NCBI RefSeq assembly: GCF_009914755.1
Contig: NC_060932.1
Source: the human T2T-CHM13v2.0 reference genome, Homo sapiens
DNA: 64,000 nucleotides
Direction: 5' to 3' (one strand)
Under the pieces are notes generated by a model. That model was given only the letters and a program-made list of their open reading frames with translations, was not told the DNA's origin and searched no databases. Positions 1 to 15,775 of this stretch are shown piece by piece. How positions within the stretch are numbered: position 1 is the first letter of the stretch; each line of letters opens with the position of its first letter. Made by a program: the position numbers and the translations under genes.

Positions 1-16
1 GCCACTGTGCTTGGCC
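1..16 (-). mobile_element. 5' terminus of an Alu continuing beyond the window start
   Basis: gccactgtgcttggcc resembles the reverse complement of the Alu start GGCCGGGCGCGGTGGC with CpG decay. Confidence 0.6.
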
Positions 17-89
17 AAGAGATGGCTTTTAACAGCTGACGAGAAATGCTTACCACATAGAATTAAAACTCTGAAGTGTGATGTAGTGA

Positions 90-235
90 CGTGGGAACTG
101 ATTCTGGAGTGTGGGGAATTGGGTTCTGTTCTAAGCTCTGTCACTATCAGACCTACCACCTGCTTGGACAAGTTTTTACTCTTTTGAAACCTCTGCATCT
201 TATAACCAACACAAGGAATTTGGACTAGATAAAAA
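90..235 (+). mobile_element. MIR SINE relic
   Basis: MIR core-like gggttctgttctaagctctgtcact...cttggacaagt...ggactagat. Confidence 0.5.
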
Positions 236-1199
236 CTAAGACTCTTTCCTGTTATAATATTCCATGATTTTAGGCTGAGCCAATTCAGGGACATTATTTT
301 TTATAAAATGATTAAGTGGCAGAAGCAGCCAAGAAAACATCTGTAAGACTTCCACATTTTTAGGGGAAATATAGAGCTTACATCTCAGAGGGCACAAGGT
401 TAACTCTCGTCCATGATGATGAGCTTTTTTCAGGTGTACGTGCCCTTTCTGTGATTCCCAGCACTGCACTGTATTTAAGTCTAATTAAATCTTTTTGTAC
501 AAACTTTAAATACACTTAATTAAAACAGGTAGACTAGGGATGATAAATTCCAGAAGTAAGTAGGTTAAAGTGCAGGCTCATTTCTTCTGCTAATTAGTTG
601 AAGGATGATCTTCCTTGCCAAGGGGCCGAATGACAGGAGATTCATTTCTTCAATTTAAATCTGTTTTTAAATGTCTTTCTGAAGCCTTTAGGCTTTGGAA
701 TTTGAATTCTATAAAATTCAATGCTGGGGATTATCTCTTTTTCTTTTATACTTAAACCCTAAGCAAGGTTCAATAGAGATCCAAGCATTATAGAGCACCC
801 AGTGGTCATTGAGTCCACACACTTAGTCAGCAAAACAGTCCGCGTGGTAATTTTAATCATCACTCCATCACTCTTGAGAGACTGGCCTAACTTCATATAT
901 TATGATAGATTTTTTGAAACTGTGACTTATTCATTAAATGTTCGATTCTTTGAAATACTTAGCTTGGCACTGAATTGATAAATTTGATTTCCCAGCACTG
1001 CAGCTGTAATCATCCTGTGTGTTTAAATCTGCTCCTATTCAAGGGTCAGTAGTATGGCTGGGGAGGCATAGTCCCAACTGGTTTTGAAAATAATTCTCAC
1101 AGTCCCCCAAGGTGGTGACTGCAATTTGGATTTTGTTTCATATTGCGATGACAATGTAATCATTACACTATTACAGAAATTAAAGAATTGTGGCATATA

Positions 1200-1277
1200 T
1201 TAGGTTGGTGGGAAAAATTGCAGTTTTTGCTATTACTTTCAATGGCAAAAACCACAATCGCTTTTGCACCAACCTAA
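1200..1277. mobile_element. MADE1 (Hsmar1 mariner-derived MITE)
   Basis: 78 bp with TIRs ttaggttggtg / caccaacctaa, flanked by TA on both sides (1198-1199, 1278-1279). Confidence 0.93.
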
Positions 1278-2771
1278 TACAATCCGTAATTTATGTTGCT
1301 GATTGCAAGTATTGTCTGCATTCACATCACTATATTTTATTTTCTTTTGATGTTGGGGCATGATGTGAGGAAGACTCCTTTTGACATGCTAAAATGTTTC
1401 TATCTTCTTAAAACCATATTCTGCATAGGAATAAACATTTTTTTCTATGAAATTTCACCAATGCAGAACATGCTTGACATGAATCTGGAGGAAGATTTGG
1501 GGGCCTTGCAGAGGCCTGGTACACCTGCTGACACTGGTGTAGACATTGTGTGGTACATAACAGCTACTTTCCATGGAGTGTCTTCTTATCATGTGAGTAA
1601 TAAGTGCTAAGCATTCAAGCTGGCCTCACCTTCCTTCTATTTCCTTGCTATTATCTTAGAACCCTTCTAATGTTTCTCCTATAATAGTATTCCAAGAACT
1701 GTACCTGCAAAAAGGGATCTATGACCTCTATAATAATTTTGAATTGTAATATACTGATGAGCTAAAAAAAAATCCAAGCATTTTTTTCTTTCATTTATTT
1801 GTCAAGCATTTATTGAAATCACTCTTCTAGGCTCTGAGAGGAAAAACTGCCCTAGTGGAGTTTTATTTGTTTGTTAAATGATAACTGAATTTATAGTTCT
1901 TGGCTCACTTTTTAAGACATTTTTAAGACCAATTTTGGGTTCACAGCAAAATTAAGAGAAATATAGAGAGATTTCCCATATACTCTCTCTCCCTACACTT
2001 TTACAGACTCTTCAATTACCAACATCCCTCACCAGAGTGGTACATTTTTTACAGTTGATGAGCCTACACTAACACATCATGATCAACCAACGTCTTTAGT
2101 TTACATTAGGGCTCATGATTACTGTTGTATATTCTGTGGGTTTCGACAAATGTGTAAGGACATGTACACATCGTTATAATAGCAAAAGAGTATTTTCACT
2201 GCTCTAAAAATCCTCTGTGCTCTTCGTATTCATCCTTCCCTCCCCTCAAACTCTCTGGAAAGCACGGATTTTTTTTTAGTGTTTCCATAGTTTTGCCTTA
2301 TCCAGAATGTCATGTATATGGAATCATATAGCATGTAGTCTATTTAGAATGGCTTATCTGACTTAATAGTATGCATTTAAGGTTTGTCTATGTCTTTTCA
2401 TGGCTTCATAGCTCATTTCTATTTTGGTATGAATAATATTGCATTGTCTAGATGTACCATAGTTTATCCATTAACTAACTGAAGGATATCTTGATTCCAA
2501 GTTTTGACTGTCATGAATAATACTACTGCAAATACCTGTTTGACGGTTTTTGTGTGGACATTTTTTAACTAATTCCAGTAAACACTATGGAGTGTGATTG
2601 TCAGATCTTAGGGTAAAATTATAATTAGTTTTGTAAAAAACTGTCAAAATTTCTTCCAAAGTGGCTGTACCATTTGCCATTTCCATCAGTAATGAATGAG
2701 AGTTCCTGCCGCTCCACTTCCTAGCCAGAATTTGGTGTTGTCAGTGTTCCAGATTTTGGTCATTCTGATAG

Positions 2772-3124
<353 letters not shown>

Positions 3125-5148
3125 GGTATCTCATTGTTTTCATTTGCATTTCCCTGATGATATATGATGTGAAGCATCTTTTTATATGCTTATTTGCCAT
3201 CAATAAATCTTCTTTGGTGATGTGTCTTTTAAGGTCTTTAGCCTGTCTTTTAATTGGGTCAGTTTATTTGTATTGTTGAGTTTCAAGAATCCTTTGTATA
3301 TTTTAGATAACAGTCCTTTAGCAGAATTTTTCTTTTTTTTTTTTTTTGCAATTATCTTCACCCTGTCTGTGGCTTGTCATCTCATCCCTTTGACAGAGTA
3401 TTTTGCATAGTAAAAGTTTCTAATTATAATGAAGTTCAACTTATCAATTGTTTCTTTCATGGATCACAACTTTAGTGTTTTACCTGAAAGGTCATTGCCA
3501 TATCCAAGATCATCTAGGTTTCCTCCTATTTTATCTTCCAGAAGTTTTATAGTTTTGCATTTTACAGTTAGGCCTGTGATCTATTCTAAGTTAATTTTTG
3601 TGAAGGGTATAAGGTCTGCATCTAGACTTTTTTTTTTTTTTTTTTGCTTGATGTCCAATTGTTCTATAACCAGTTGTTGAAAAGAATAACTTTGCTTCAT
3701 TGTCCTGCAAATTGCCCCTTTGTCAAAGGATGGTTGGTTATAATTACGTGGGTATATTTCCAAGCTTTCTATTTCATGCCATTGATCTGTCTGTCTATTC
3801 TTTCACAATTAGCATCCTGTCTTGATTACTGTAACTTTATAAGACTTGAAAGCAGGTAGTGTCAGTCTTCTCACTTTTTTCTTCTCTTTCAAGATTGTCT
3901 TTGCTATTCGGAGTCTATTGCTCCCCTCTGTAAACTTCAGAATCAGTTTAGTGGTATGAGTAAAGTAATTTCATGGAGTTTTGATTGGGGTTGCATTTAA
4001 CGTATACACCGAGTTGGGAAGAACTGATGTCTTGACAATATTGAGTTTTCCTGTTCACAGACATGGAATATTTTTCCGTTTATTTAGTTCTTTTTTGATT
4101 TATTTCATCAGAGTTTTATCATAATCATATAGATCTTACATATATTTTGTTAGATTTATACATAAGCATTTCATTTGGGGGGATGTTAATGTGAATGATC
4201 CTATGTTTTTATTTTCAAATACCACTTGTACATTGCTGGAATATAAGAAAATGATTGACTTTTGTATAATATATTATTCTTGTGTCCTGAAATCTTGCTG
4301 TGATTACTTATTTCTTCCAGCAGTTTCATTTTTTGTCAGTTATTTTGAATTATCTACAAAGGTGATCATATCAGCTGTAAATATTTTTTTTTTAATTTCT
4401 TCCTTCCAATCCATAGACATTTTCTTTTCTTGTCTTCTTAATGATGATGCTGAAGAACAGTGGTGTAGGGGACATTCTTGTCTTGTACCTGTTCTTAGTA
4501 GGTAAGCTTGAGTTTCTCACTATTTAAGAAGATGTTAGCAGTAGGTTTTTCATATATATTCTTTATAAATTTGAGAAACTTTCCCTCTTTCTAGTTTGCC
4601 AATAATTTTTATCATAAATAAATGTTGGAGTTTGTTAAAATCTGCCTCTATTAATATATGTTGTAATGTTCTTTTTTAGCATAGTGAGGCAATAAATTAC
4701 AATAATTAATTTTTGAATGTTGATCCAGACTTGCATACCTGAAATAAAACCCACTTGATAATGGTGTATAATTATTTTTATTTATTTTTATTCATTGTGC
4801 AAGTATTTTGTTAAGGATTTTTGCAGTCATGTTCATTAGCAATATTAATCTATAGTTAATGTATATTAATCTAATAGCTTTGTCTTGTTTTTAGTATTAG
4901 GGCAATGCTGGCCCTTTTCAATAAGGTAGGGAGTATTCCCTATTTCTATCCTCCAAAAGACATTGAAAATGGTATAATTTCTTCCTTAAATGTTCAATAG
5001 AATTCACCAGTGAACTCAGTGAAGATTAATGCATTCTTCTTTGGATTATTAAATATTGTCTCAATTTATTACTATATATAAGCCTATTTAGATTGTTAAT
5101 TTTTCTTCTGTGAATTTTGACAGCTCATGTTTTTAAAAGAATTGGCCT

Positions 5149-5455
<307 letters not shown>

Positions 5456-5524
5456 AAAGAAATGGCCTATTTAATCTAGGTTATAAAATTTGTGGGCATA
5501 TTATGGTTCATAGTATTCTTTCTT

Positions 5525-6447
<923 letters not shown>

Positions 6448-6449
6448 GC

Positions 6450-8310
6450 ATATTATTTATATTTTCCTTTTACTTTTTTGTTGCTTTACAGTTTTCAATA
6501 TGCATTTACAGCTAATCCATGTCCACTTTCAAATAACACCATACTGTTTCACAGATTTTATAAGTACTTATAACAATAAAGTGATTCAAATTTCTTCCCC
6601 CCGTCTTTGTACCATTTCAATTCTATTATAAATGAAATGAATGGCAGCAATAATACAAAGATGAGTGGGCAAGAAATTAGAGTACATTTATATACTATAT
6701 ATGTATACACACATATATACACTTACATAGAATATATAGACACATAAACACACATACACACATACATAGAATATGTATATATATACACATACACACACAT
6801 ATAGACACATACATAGAATATATATCAAATAGATTGTTGCTATTATTGTTTTGAACAAACTTCTATCTGTTAGGTTAATTAATAGGAGAAAAAAGGTTTT
6901 ATTTTACCTTCACTCATTGTTTTTCCATGTTCTTTCTTTCTTTAGGTAGGTCAGAATTTCTGATCTATATCATTTTTCCTTTTCCCTCAATAACTTTTAA
7001 ATTTTTTGAAATGCATATCTAATGGCAATAAAGTTTCTCAATTTGTGTTTGTCTGAGACTGTCTTTATTTCTTCTTCACTTTTGATTGATAATTTTTCAG
7101 GGCACAGAGTTCTATGTTGGTGAAGTTTTTCTCTCTCAGCACTTTAAACATTTACTCTTTTCTTGCTCAGGTTTTCTAAGGAATTGGATGTAATTCTTTG
7201 TTCCTCTATAAATGAGGAATATATATATGTTTTCCTCTGACCTTGTCAAGATTTTTTTCTTTATTGTTGATTTTTTTTGTATTTTTCTGTTATGGTGGCT
7301 TTTTTTTTTAAATATCTTTACCATTGTTTTTTCCTTAAGATTTTCATCTCTGTTTACATTGCCCTTCTGTTCTTATATGCCTTCTATTTTACCCATTAAA
7401 GCTGTTGGGATATTAATTATAGTTGTTTGAAATCCTGTCACGTCTGATTTTGATACTGTTCTAACTATATAAATTATGCTTTTGGCCTTCTTGTATGTCT
7501 TGTAATATTTTAAATGGAAAGACAAAATGCACTGGGTAAAAGAAACTGCTATAAATAGGCTTTAGGTAATGTGGTGGCAAGGGGGAGGGGGAGGGGCAGT
7601 GTTCCACAGTCCTGCGATTGGACTTCAGTCTTTTAGCGAGCCTATGCCTCTGAACTGTTAACTTCACAAGTGTTTCTCAGGGCTTTTATTTTAATTTTTA
7701 ATTTTATTTGTTTACCCTTCCAAAGATGGAAGAAGATGGGTAGAGTAAATTGAAATTGGGTATTTCCCTTCTCTCACATGAAAGTTAGAGATAACCAGAG
7801 TTTTGTATTCTATTTCCCCCACATCAGTTTGGTTCTGATAGTATCCCAGCAGGTTAGGTCCTGGTTAACTACTTTCTTCTGAGAGCAAGCCTTGTTAAGA
7901 AGAACAGAATGCTCTGGAATATTTTTAAATGGTTCATTTCCCCTCCCCCTGCTGGAAGTATGAGGGGATTATTCTCCACTATTTACTATAAGAACCTCAT
8001 CAAGCTCCTGGAGGTAAATATCACAGTATTGTTGGAGTCACCTTAAGACTGTGTCCCCCCTGGGGTTTTTAACTCTCAGACTTGTCCTTACTAAGCCTTC
8101 AGCAATTCCTCAGTTATAGTGCAGGTTTTCCTACCCCAGCACTGGTTTTACTCATGAGTCTTCACTCTGGGAAGCCCTGACTCTCTGTATTGACCCATCT
8201 ATCTCTTCAATCATGGGGGTAGCAGTTTGTCCTGTGTCCTCAACTCTTTTCTTGCTCCAGGAACAATTATTGATGTTTCATCTGTTCAGCTTTCTAATTG
8301 TTGTTAGGAC
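6450..8310 (-). mobile_element. L1MC-like upstream portion (inter-ORF, ORF1 remnant, L1MCa-like 5' region)
   Basis: Antisense gtccactttcaaataacacc, gtctgagactgtctttatttc and 5' motif taaataggc...gtaatgtggtgg...gagcctatgcctctg; collinear with 1915-5520. Confidence 0.7.
6688..6826. repeat. Degenerate (CA/TA)n microsatellite
   Basis: Direct inspection. Confidence 0.85.
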
Positions 8311-8429
8311 AGAATGAGGAGGAAAACTCAATAAGTTCCCCTACATTCAATTTGACTTTTTGTCTGGAGACATTTTGCAAAACACAACACAGGTAAGTAG
8401 ATACAAAATAGGGATGAGGTTAAGAATAA

Positions 8430-9405
8430 AATGAGAAAGAAAGGAAAGCCATGAAAAGATCAATCATAAGAAACCTAGTTTGGATATATTGACATCAGAC
8501 AAATAAGATTTCAATAGAACAAGTATCATCAGGGATAAAAAATAATATTTTGAAGAAATAAAAGCTTCAATTCATTAAAAAGATATAACAATGCTAAATG
8601 ATTATGCACACAATAACAAAGCTTCAAAAAATGAAGCAAGAACTGACATAGCTAAGGAGAGACACAAATCTACAAATTTATTCGGGTATTTAACACTCAT
8701 GCATTAGTAACTAACAAAGTGAGTAGACATAAATCAATACAGAGGCATCTCAACAAATATAATATAATTTGAATTTATAAAATAATATTAACCAATTTGA
8801 TGTAGTTAGCAAATGCAGAACAAAATACCTAACAATGGCAGAATGCAGTCTTTTCAAGTACACCGAAGACATTCACCTAGATGAGCTATGTAAGAAATTA
8901 TAATCAATTCCTAAAGATCAAAACAAAATCAGACAAAGTATTTTTCTAACAAAATTGTGATTAAATTAGAAATTGATGAAAAAACATAGAGCTAATAGTA
9001 TACTTAATGGTTAAAGATTGAATGTTTCCTCCCTAAGATTAGAAAAAGGCAAAGATTATTTATATTTATTATTCTTATTTATTCTATTAATCTTGAACTG
9101 GAGATCCTGGCCAGCACAGTAATACAAGTTAAAAAAAAAAAGTAAACGTTATAAAGATGGGAAACACAAAAATAAACTTGTTTTAAAAATTTTTGGAGGA
9201 CATGTTTGTGTACATAAAAAATCTTAAGCAACCTACACCAAACCACTGCTATAAGGAATAACTGAATCTAAAAACCTAGCAGGATATAAAACCAATTATA
9301 CAGAAATCTATTTTATTTTCATAAACTTTTTATGACAACTAAAAAATTAAGTGAAAAACATTATTTACAATAGCATCAAAATGACATAATGAAGAATAGA
9401 ACATT
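8430..9405 (+). mobile_element. Old L1M ORF2 fragments (EN then RT region)
   Basis: A-rich sense L1 motifs catcagacaaataagatttc, ccctaagattagaaaaaggcaaaga, tttacaatagcatcaaaa. Confidence 0.7.
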
Positions 9406-9409
9406 TGAA

Positions 9410-12400
9410 AAGAAGCTGGCAGAAAGGGGCTGATTAGATGCATCCAGGACCAACATCTGCCACCAAGGGACCAGGACACTAGGAAGACGGGTGCACTCTG
9501 AGCAGATCTTTGCAAGGAAGGGATTGAGAGTGGACAGAGGGAGGACAAAGATGCTGGGCTCAAAGGGTAGGAAGCTGGGTAAACTGCATGGGCCTTACAT
9601 GAAGCAGGACTCATTCCTGGTCCCTCATGACTCCTGTGATAGGGATGAGTTGAAGAGACAAAGAGCAATGCACTCTTACCATGGACGCCTGGAATACTGG
9701 GAGCAGGAGACCCATGACCCCCACAGACACTTGAACTAGTAGACACAGCTGCTTAGAGAGGTGCTAGGGGCAGGACTTCTGCTTGTGCAGAGCCTAGAGG
9801 GTTTGATTTGGGAATGTCTGCAGGGGAGCACAACCAATGACACCCATCCCCCAAGGCATGTCATGATCCCATAGGAGATTCTAGCCTTAGGGAACCTGTC
9901 AGACCTGAACAGAGCAGGGTGGTCTTGCCTGAGATGGGACCAGTTTTACCTGAGTGCCCTTCTGTCTGCTGGCCTCTCCTGGGGCCCCAGCTGGCTGTGT
10001 CTACTTGCAGTGCAGTCTTAGATGCCCAACTGAGGAACCTCCTAGGGGCCTGCATCGTAGTTCTTACACTGGCAGGCAATGCTTGACTATATCAGAGAGT
10101 TCCAGTACAGCAGCCTCCACCAACGTGCACCAGCCTATCTCCCTCAACTGCATCTCCCTCAACTGGGATCTCCCTCAACTGCAATCTCTCTTGTGCCAAT
10201 TTGCCAGCACACCCACACTCACCTAAGGCTACCTCCCACCATAGTTTTGCCAATAAGTGTGTGCACAAGCAAACCTCACCTCCCCTTCCCTGCTCGAGCA
10301 GGGGTGTATGTGCACCTTATTGTGCCATTGTTATTGGTGTCTGTGCACCCAACCTTGCCTGCACTTCACGTTTGCTGTTGCTGCTGGTACAAGTGAATAA
10401 GAATGGATTCCGCTGCTACCACCCAATGAAGCATGTTGGCTGGCACCACCTTTTGGAGTGTGGTGGCCTCCAGCCAGGGAACACTTTGGGCCCTCTAGGG
10501 CAGCAGTTTTCCAACTTCAAGGGGCCAAAGAACAAAGCTTGGCTTCACATACCAGCTCCCCAGTGTTAGAGAATGAAGCCCAGGAGTGCTGAGCTAAGCC
10601 ATGGTCCCCCTCAAATTTACCAGAAATGTAGGCCTTTGATTGAACCCACCTTATACCACAATCAAACTCCTAGGGATATCAAAGAAGCTAAAAGAAAAAA
10701 AAAATCCCATCCAAAAGACAAACTTCAAAGATAGAAGAACATCAGCCCATATAGACAAGAAAGAACCAGCACAATAACTAGTGTGACTAAAAAAGCCAGA
10801 GTGTCCTCTTATCTCCAAAAGACCATACTGGTTCCCCAGCAATGGTTCTTAACTAGGCTGAAATGGCTAAAATGACAAAAATCGAATTCAGGATATGGAT
10901 AGGAACAAAGATCATTGACATTCAGAAGAAAGTCTAACCCAATCGAATAATTCTAAGGAATATCATACAATGGTACAGGAAATGAAAGGCAACATGGCCA
11001 TTTTAAGAAAGAACCAAACTGAGCTGACAGGGCCGAAAAACTCACTTCAAGAATTTCAAAATACAACTGCAAGTATTAACAGCAGAATTGACCAAACCGA
11101 GGTCAGAATCTCAGACCTTGAAGATATGCTCTATGAAATAACTCAGTCACACAAAAATAAAAAAAAAGAAGAGTAAACAAAACCTGCAAGAAATATGTGA
11201 TCATGTAAAGAGACCGAATCTATGACACATTGACATCCCTGAAATACAAGGAGAGAAAGCAAACCACTTAGAAAACACATATTTCAGGATATCATCCATG
11301 AAAATTTCCCAACCTTGCTAGAGAGGCCAACATTCAAATTTAGAAAGTGCAGAAAACCCCATGTGAAATACTGCACAAGAAGACCATCCTCAAGACACAT
11401 AGTTATGGAATTCTCTGAGGTCAAAATGAAAGAAAAAATGTAAATGGCAGCTAGGGAGAAGGGGCAGGTCACCTCCTAAGGGAACCCCATCAGGTTAACA
11501 GGAGACCTTTCAGGAGAAAACTACAAGCCAGATGAGAATGAAGGCCTATATTCAGCATTCTTAAAAGAATTTCCAAGAAAGAATTTTGTGTGTAGCAAAA
11601 CTAAGCTTCATAAGTGGAGAAATATGACCCTTTTCAGACAAGCAAATTCTAATGGATTTCATTACCACCAGACTTGCATTATAAGAGGTCCTGAACAGAG
11701 TGCTAAATATGGAAAGACCATTACCAGCCACAACAAAAAGCACACTTAAGTACACAGACAAGTGGCACTACAAAGCAACCACACAAAAAAGTCTGCATAA
11801 TAACTAGCTAAAAACATGATGACAGGAGCAAATCTACAAATGTCAATATAAACCTTGAATGTAATTGGGCTAAATGCCCCTATTAAAAGTCATAGAGTGG
11901 CAAGTTGGATAAAGAAGCAAGACCCAATGTTGCCATGTCTTCAAGAGACCCATCTCACATGCAATGACACCCATAGGCTCAAATTAAATGAATGAAGAAA
12001 AATATACCAAGCAAATGGAAAACAGAAAAAAAGTAGGCATTGCTATTCTAACTTCAGACAAAATAGAGTTTCAATGAACAAAGATCGAAAAAGACAAAAA
12101 AGGGCATTACATAATGGGAAAGTTTTCAATTCAACAAGAAGACCTAACTATCCTAAATTCCTATGCACTCAACACAGAAGCATCTAGATTTATAAGGCAA
12201 GTACTTAAGAGACCTATAAAGAAATTTAAATAACTACATGATAATAGTGGGAGCCTTCAATACCCCACTGATAATATTAAACAGATCACCAAAGCAGAAA
12301 ACTAAAAAAGATATTCAGGACCTGAATTCAGCACTTGACCAAATAGACTAAATGAACACCTACAGAACACTTCACTCCCCATGACAGCAAGAAAAAAAAC

Positions 12401-14742
12401 ACACACACACACACAATATACATTCTTCTCATCTGTGCATGGCACATACTCCAAAATCAATCCCACAATTGGACATAAAACAGTACTCAACAAATTCAAA
12501 AAAATCATATCAACTGCATTCTGGGACTGCAGCACAATAAAAATAGAAATCAATATCAAGAAATTTGCTTACAACCAACTAATTCCATGGAAATTCAACA
12601 ACCTGTTCCTGAATGACTTTTGGGTAAATAATGAAATTAAGGGAGATATCAAGAAATTCTTTGAATGAGATCAAAGATACAACATACTAGACTATCTGGA
12701 ACACAACAAACACTGTGTTAAGAGGAAAATGTATAATCCTAAACACCCACATCAATAAGTTAGAAAAATCTCAAATTGACAACTTAACATCAACTGAAAA
12801 AACTAGAGATCTAAGAGCAAACCAACCCCAATGCTAGCAGAAGATGAGAAATAACTCACATCAGAGCTGAACTGAAAGTAACTGAGATGAGGATAACCAC
12901 ACAAAAGATCAACAAATACAGGAGTTTTGTTTTGATTTTTTTCATAAGATATCTGGACTGCTAGTAGAGTAATAAAGAAAAAAACAGAGAAGATCCAAAT
13001 AAACACAATCAGAAATGACAAAGAGGACATTACCACTGATCCCACAGAAATGCAAATAACCCTCAGAGACTGCCATGTATACTCCTGTGTACATATGCTA
13101 GAAAACCTAGAAGAAATGGATAAATTCCTGGACACATATACCCTCCCAAGACTGAACAAGGAAGAAATTGTATTCCTGAAGAAACTAATAAAGAACTTCA
13201 GAATTGAATCAGTAACAAAAAGCCTGCCAAACAAAAAAGCCCAGGATCAGATGGATTTACAAATTCTACCAGATGTATAATAAAGATCTGGTACCATTCC
13301 TACTGAAACTATTCCAAAAAAATTGAAGAGGAGGGACCCTAACTCATTCTATGAGGCCAGCATCATCCTGATATCAAAACCAGGCACAGACACAACAGAA
13401 AAAAAAAAAAAAAAAGCTTCAGGTCAATACCTTTGATGAACATAGGTGCAATCATCTTCAACAGCAACCAGCAAATCAAATCCAGCAGCATATGAAAAGC
13501 TAATCCACCACAATCAAGTAGGATTTATCATTGGGATGCAAGGTTGCTTCAACATACACAAATCAAGAAATATCAACACAGAAATGATCTAAAAACAAAA
13601 ATTTTATGTCTATCTCAATAGATACAGAAAAGGCTTTCAATAAAATTTAACATCACTTCATATTAAAAACTCTTAACAAACTAGGCATTGAAGGAACATA
13701 CTTCAAAATAAAAACAGCCATCTATTGCAAACCCACACCCAACATCATACTAGATGGGCAAAAGCTAGAAGCATTGCTTTTGAAAACCAGAAAAAGACAA
13801 GGATGCTCTCTGTCACCACTCTTATGCAAAATTGTACTGGAAGTCCTGGCCAGAGTAATTAGTCAAGAGAAAGAAATAAAAGGCATTCAAATAAAAAGAG
13901 AGGAAGCCAAAATATCCCTGTTTGCTGGTATGATTCTACACCTAGAAATCCCCACATTCTCTGCCCAAAAGTTCCTTCAGTTGATAAACTTCAGCAAAGT
14001 TTTGGGAAACAAAATCAATGTACAAAAATAACTAGCATTCCTATACACCAACAACAGCCAAGCCAACAGCCAAATCAGAAAGGTAATTCCATTCACAATT
14101 GCTACAAAAAGAATAAAATATTTAGGAGTACAGCTAACCAGGAAGGTAAAAGACCTCTACAATGAGAATTATGAAATAGTGCTCAAAGAAATCAGAGAAG
14201 ACGCAAATTGGAAAATATCCCATGCTCATAGACAGGAAGAATCAGTATCATTAAAATGGCCATACTACCCAAAGCAATTTACAGATTCAATGCTATTTCT
14301 ATCACACTACTAATGATATTCTCCACAGAACTAGAAAAACTGTTTTAAAATTCACATGGGACCAAAAAAAAAAAAAAAAAGCCCTAATAGTTGGGGCAAT
14401 CCTAAGGGGGAAAAAAAAAAAGCTGGAGACATCACATTACCCAACTTAAAACTATACTACAGCACTACAGTAACCAAAAGAGCATGGCACTGGCAAAAAC
14501 AAACAAACAAACAGGCACAAGGACCAATGCAACAGAATAGAGAACCGAGAATTAAGACTGCACACCTATGACCATCTGAACTTTAGCAAAGTTGACAGAA
14601 ACAAGCAATGGGACCAAAAGAGTCCCTATTCAATAAATGGTCATGGGATAACTGGCTAGCCATATGCAGAAGATTGAAACTGGACCCCTTCCTTATTCCA
14701 TATACAAAAATCAACTCAAGATGGATAAAGACTTAAATGTAA
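9410..14742 (+). mobile_element. Primate L1 (L1PA13-16/L1PB-like) with 5' UTR, decayed ORF1 and ORF2; 3' end missing
   Basis: GC-richer 5' UTR; ORF1 coiled-coil (10970..11176 NSLQEFQNT...RIDQTEVRISDLED); ORF2 start atgacagga at 11819; EN/RT remnants ([38 protein letters not shown]); many stops and frameshifts. Confidence 0.92.
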
Positions 14743-14759
14743 TGGCAGTAAAGTAGTTA

Positions 14760-15230
14760 AGGCTGAAAAATACACCTATCTCCTATTTCACTCTATGTTC
14801 CAAGATTAATTTAAATGGATTATAGGCCTATGCATAACAATTATAAAGTAAGATTTCTCAACCTCTGAAGGATTGGCATTTTTGGCCAGTTAGCACCTCT
14901 TCTTTTGTAACAACTAAAAATGTCTTCAGATTTTACCAAATGTTTTCTGGGAGGCAAAATAGGCTCCATTTGAGAATCATTTCTCTAGAAGAAATAATGG
15001 AAATATATCTTCACATCCCTATAGTAGGATATGCCACACACACACACGCACACAATAAAAACAATAAACCACTGATGAAATATATTTTATCAAATTTAAA
15101 ATTTCTTCTCACCTAAGGACATCATTAAGAAAACACGTAGAACACAAACTAAGAAAAATATTTACAGCAAATAAATATAACAGCTTATATTCAGAATATA
15201 AAAAGAAGGATTAAAATCAATAATAAAGAG
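14760..15230 (+). mobile_element. Old L1M ORF2 3' fragment interrupted by MER20
   Basis: caagattaatttaaatggattatag ... tctagaagaaataatgg ... aggacatcattaagaaa. Confidence 0.55.
14850..14982 (+). mobile_element. MER20-like hAT transposon, internally deleted
   Basis: tttctcaacctc ... acaactaaaaatgtcttcaga...aaatgttttctgggaggcaaaat...ttgagaatca. Confidence 0.7.
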
Positions 15231-15639
15231 ATGCTATTGCTTGGGCTTACCTTCACTCACTCTTTCGAACTTGACAAAAAGGGGAAAAAAGATCTATATA
15301 CAAAGTCTTTATACGTAGAGTGTCTGTCTTTTACTCCTGAAGAGCAAATAAAATTTACTCTACTTTCTTGGTAATATTCCTATAATTAGCATCATAATAT
15401 TGAGTGTACCAATAATTACATCTTTCCATCCTTGCCAATGAAGGAGATCATCAGCAATCAAGGTCAAATTTGTACCCCCTGGCAACTACCTTCCTGACTG
15501 CCTCAGGTTACCAGACACTCCCATAAGCATGTTGTGGCCCTTTGTAAGGACATCTGGGATTTCCATTGAGCTTCCTGCTACTAGGTTATACACCTGATGA
15601 TTCCATTGCTCCTATTAAGATGTAATTTAGTTTTCCATT

Positions 15640-15775
15640 TAGCATCCTAACTCCTGAGACCATATGTTTTAGAAGGCAAAAAACACATCTTTCTGATTTT
15701 TGTATCCTCAGTTCTTGGCCCAGTGATGGCAGCAAAACAGTACTCAGTAGGCGTGTACTGAATTAGTAAGTAAAG
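15640..15775 (+). mobile_element. L2 3' end relic
   Basis: ttgtatcctcagt...cccagtgatggca...gtactcagtagg...tgaat. Confidence 0.55.

Noticed and set aside
1200-1277. Hairpin as a novel miRNA or ncRNA
   Set aside because: Fully explained by MADE1 terminal inverted repeats.
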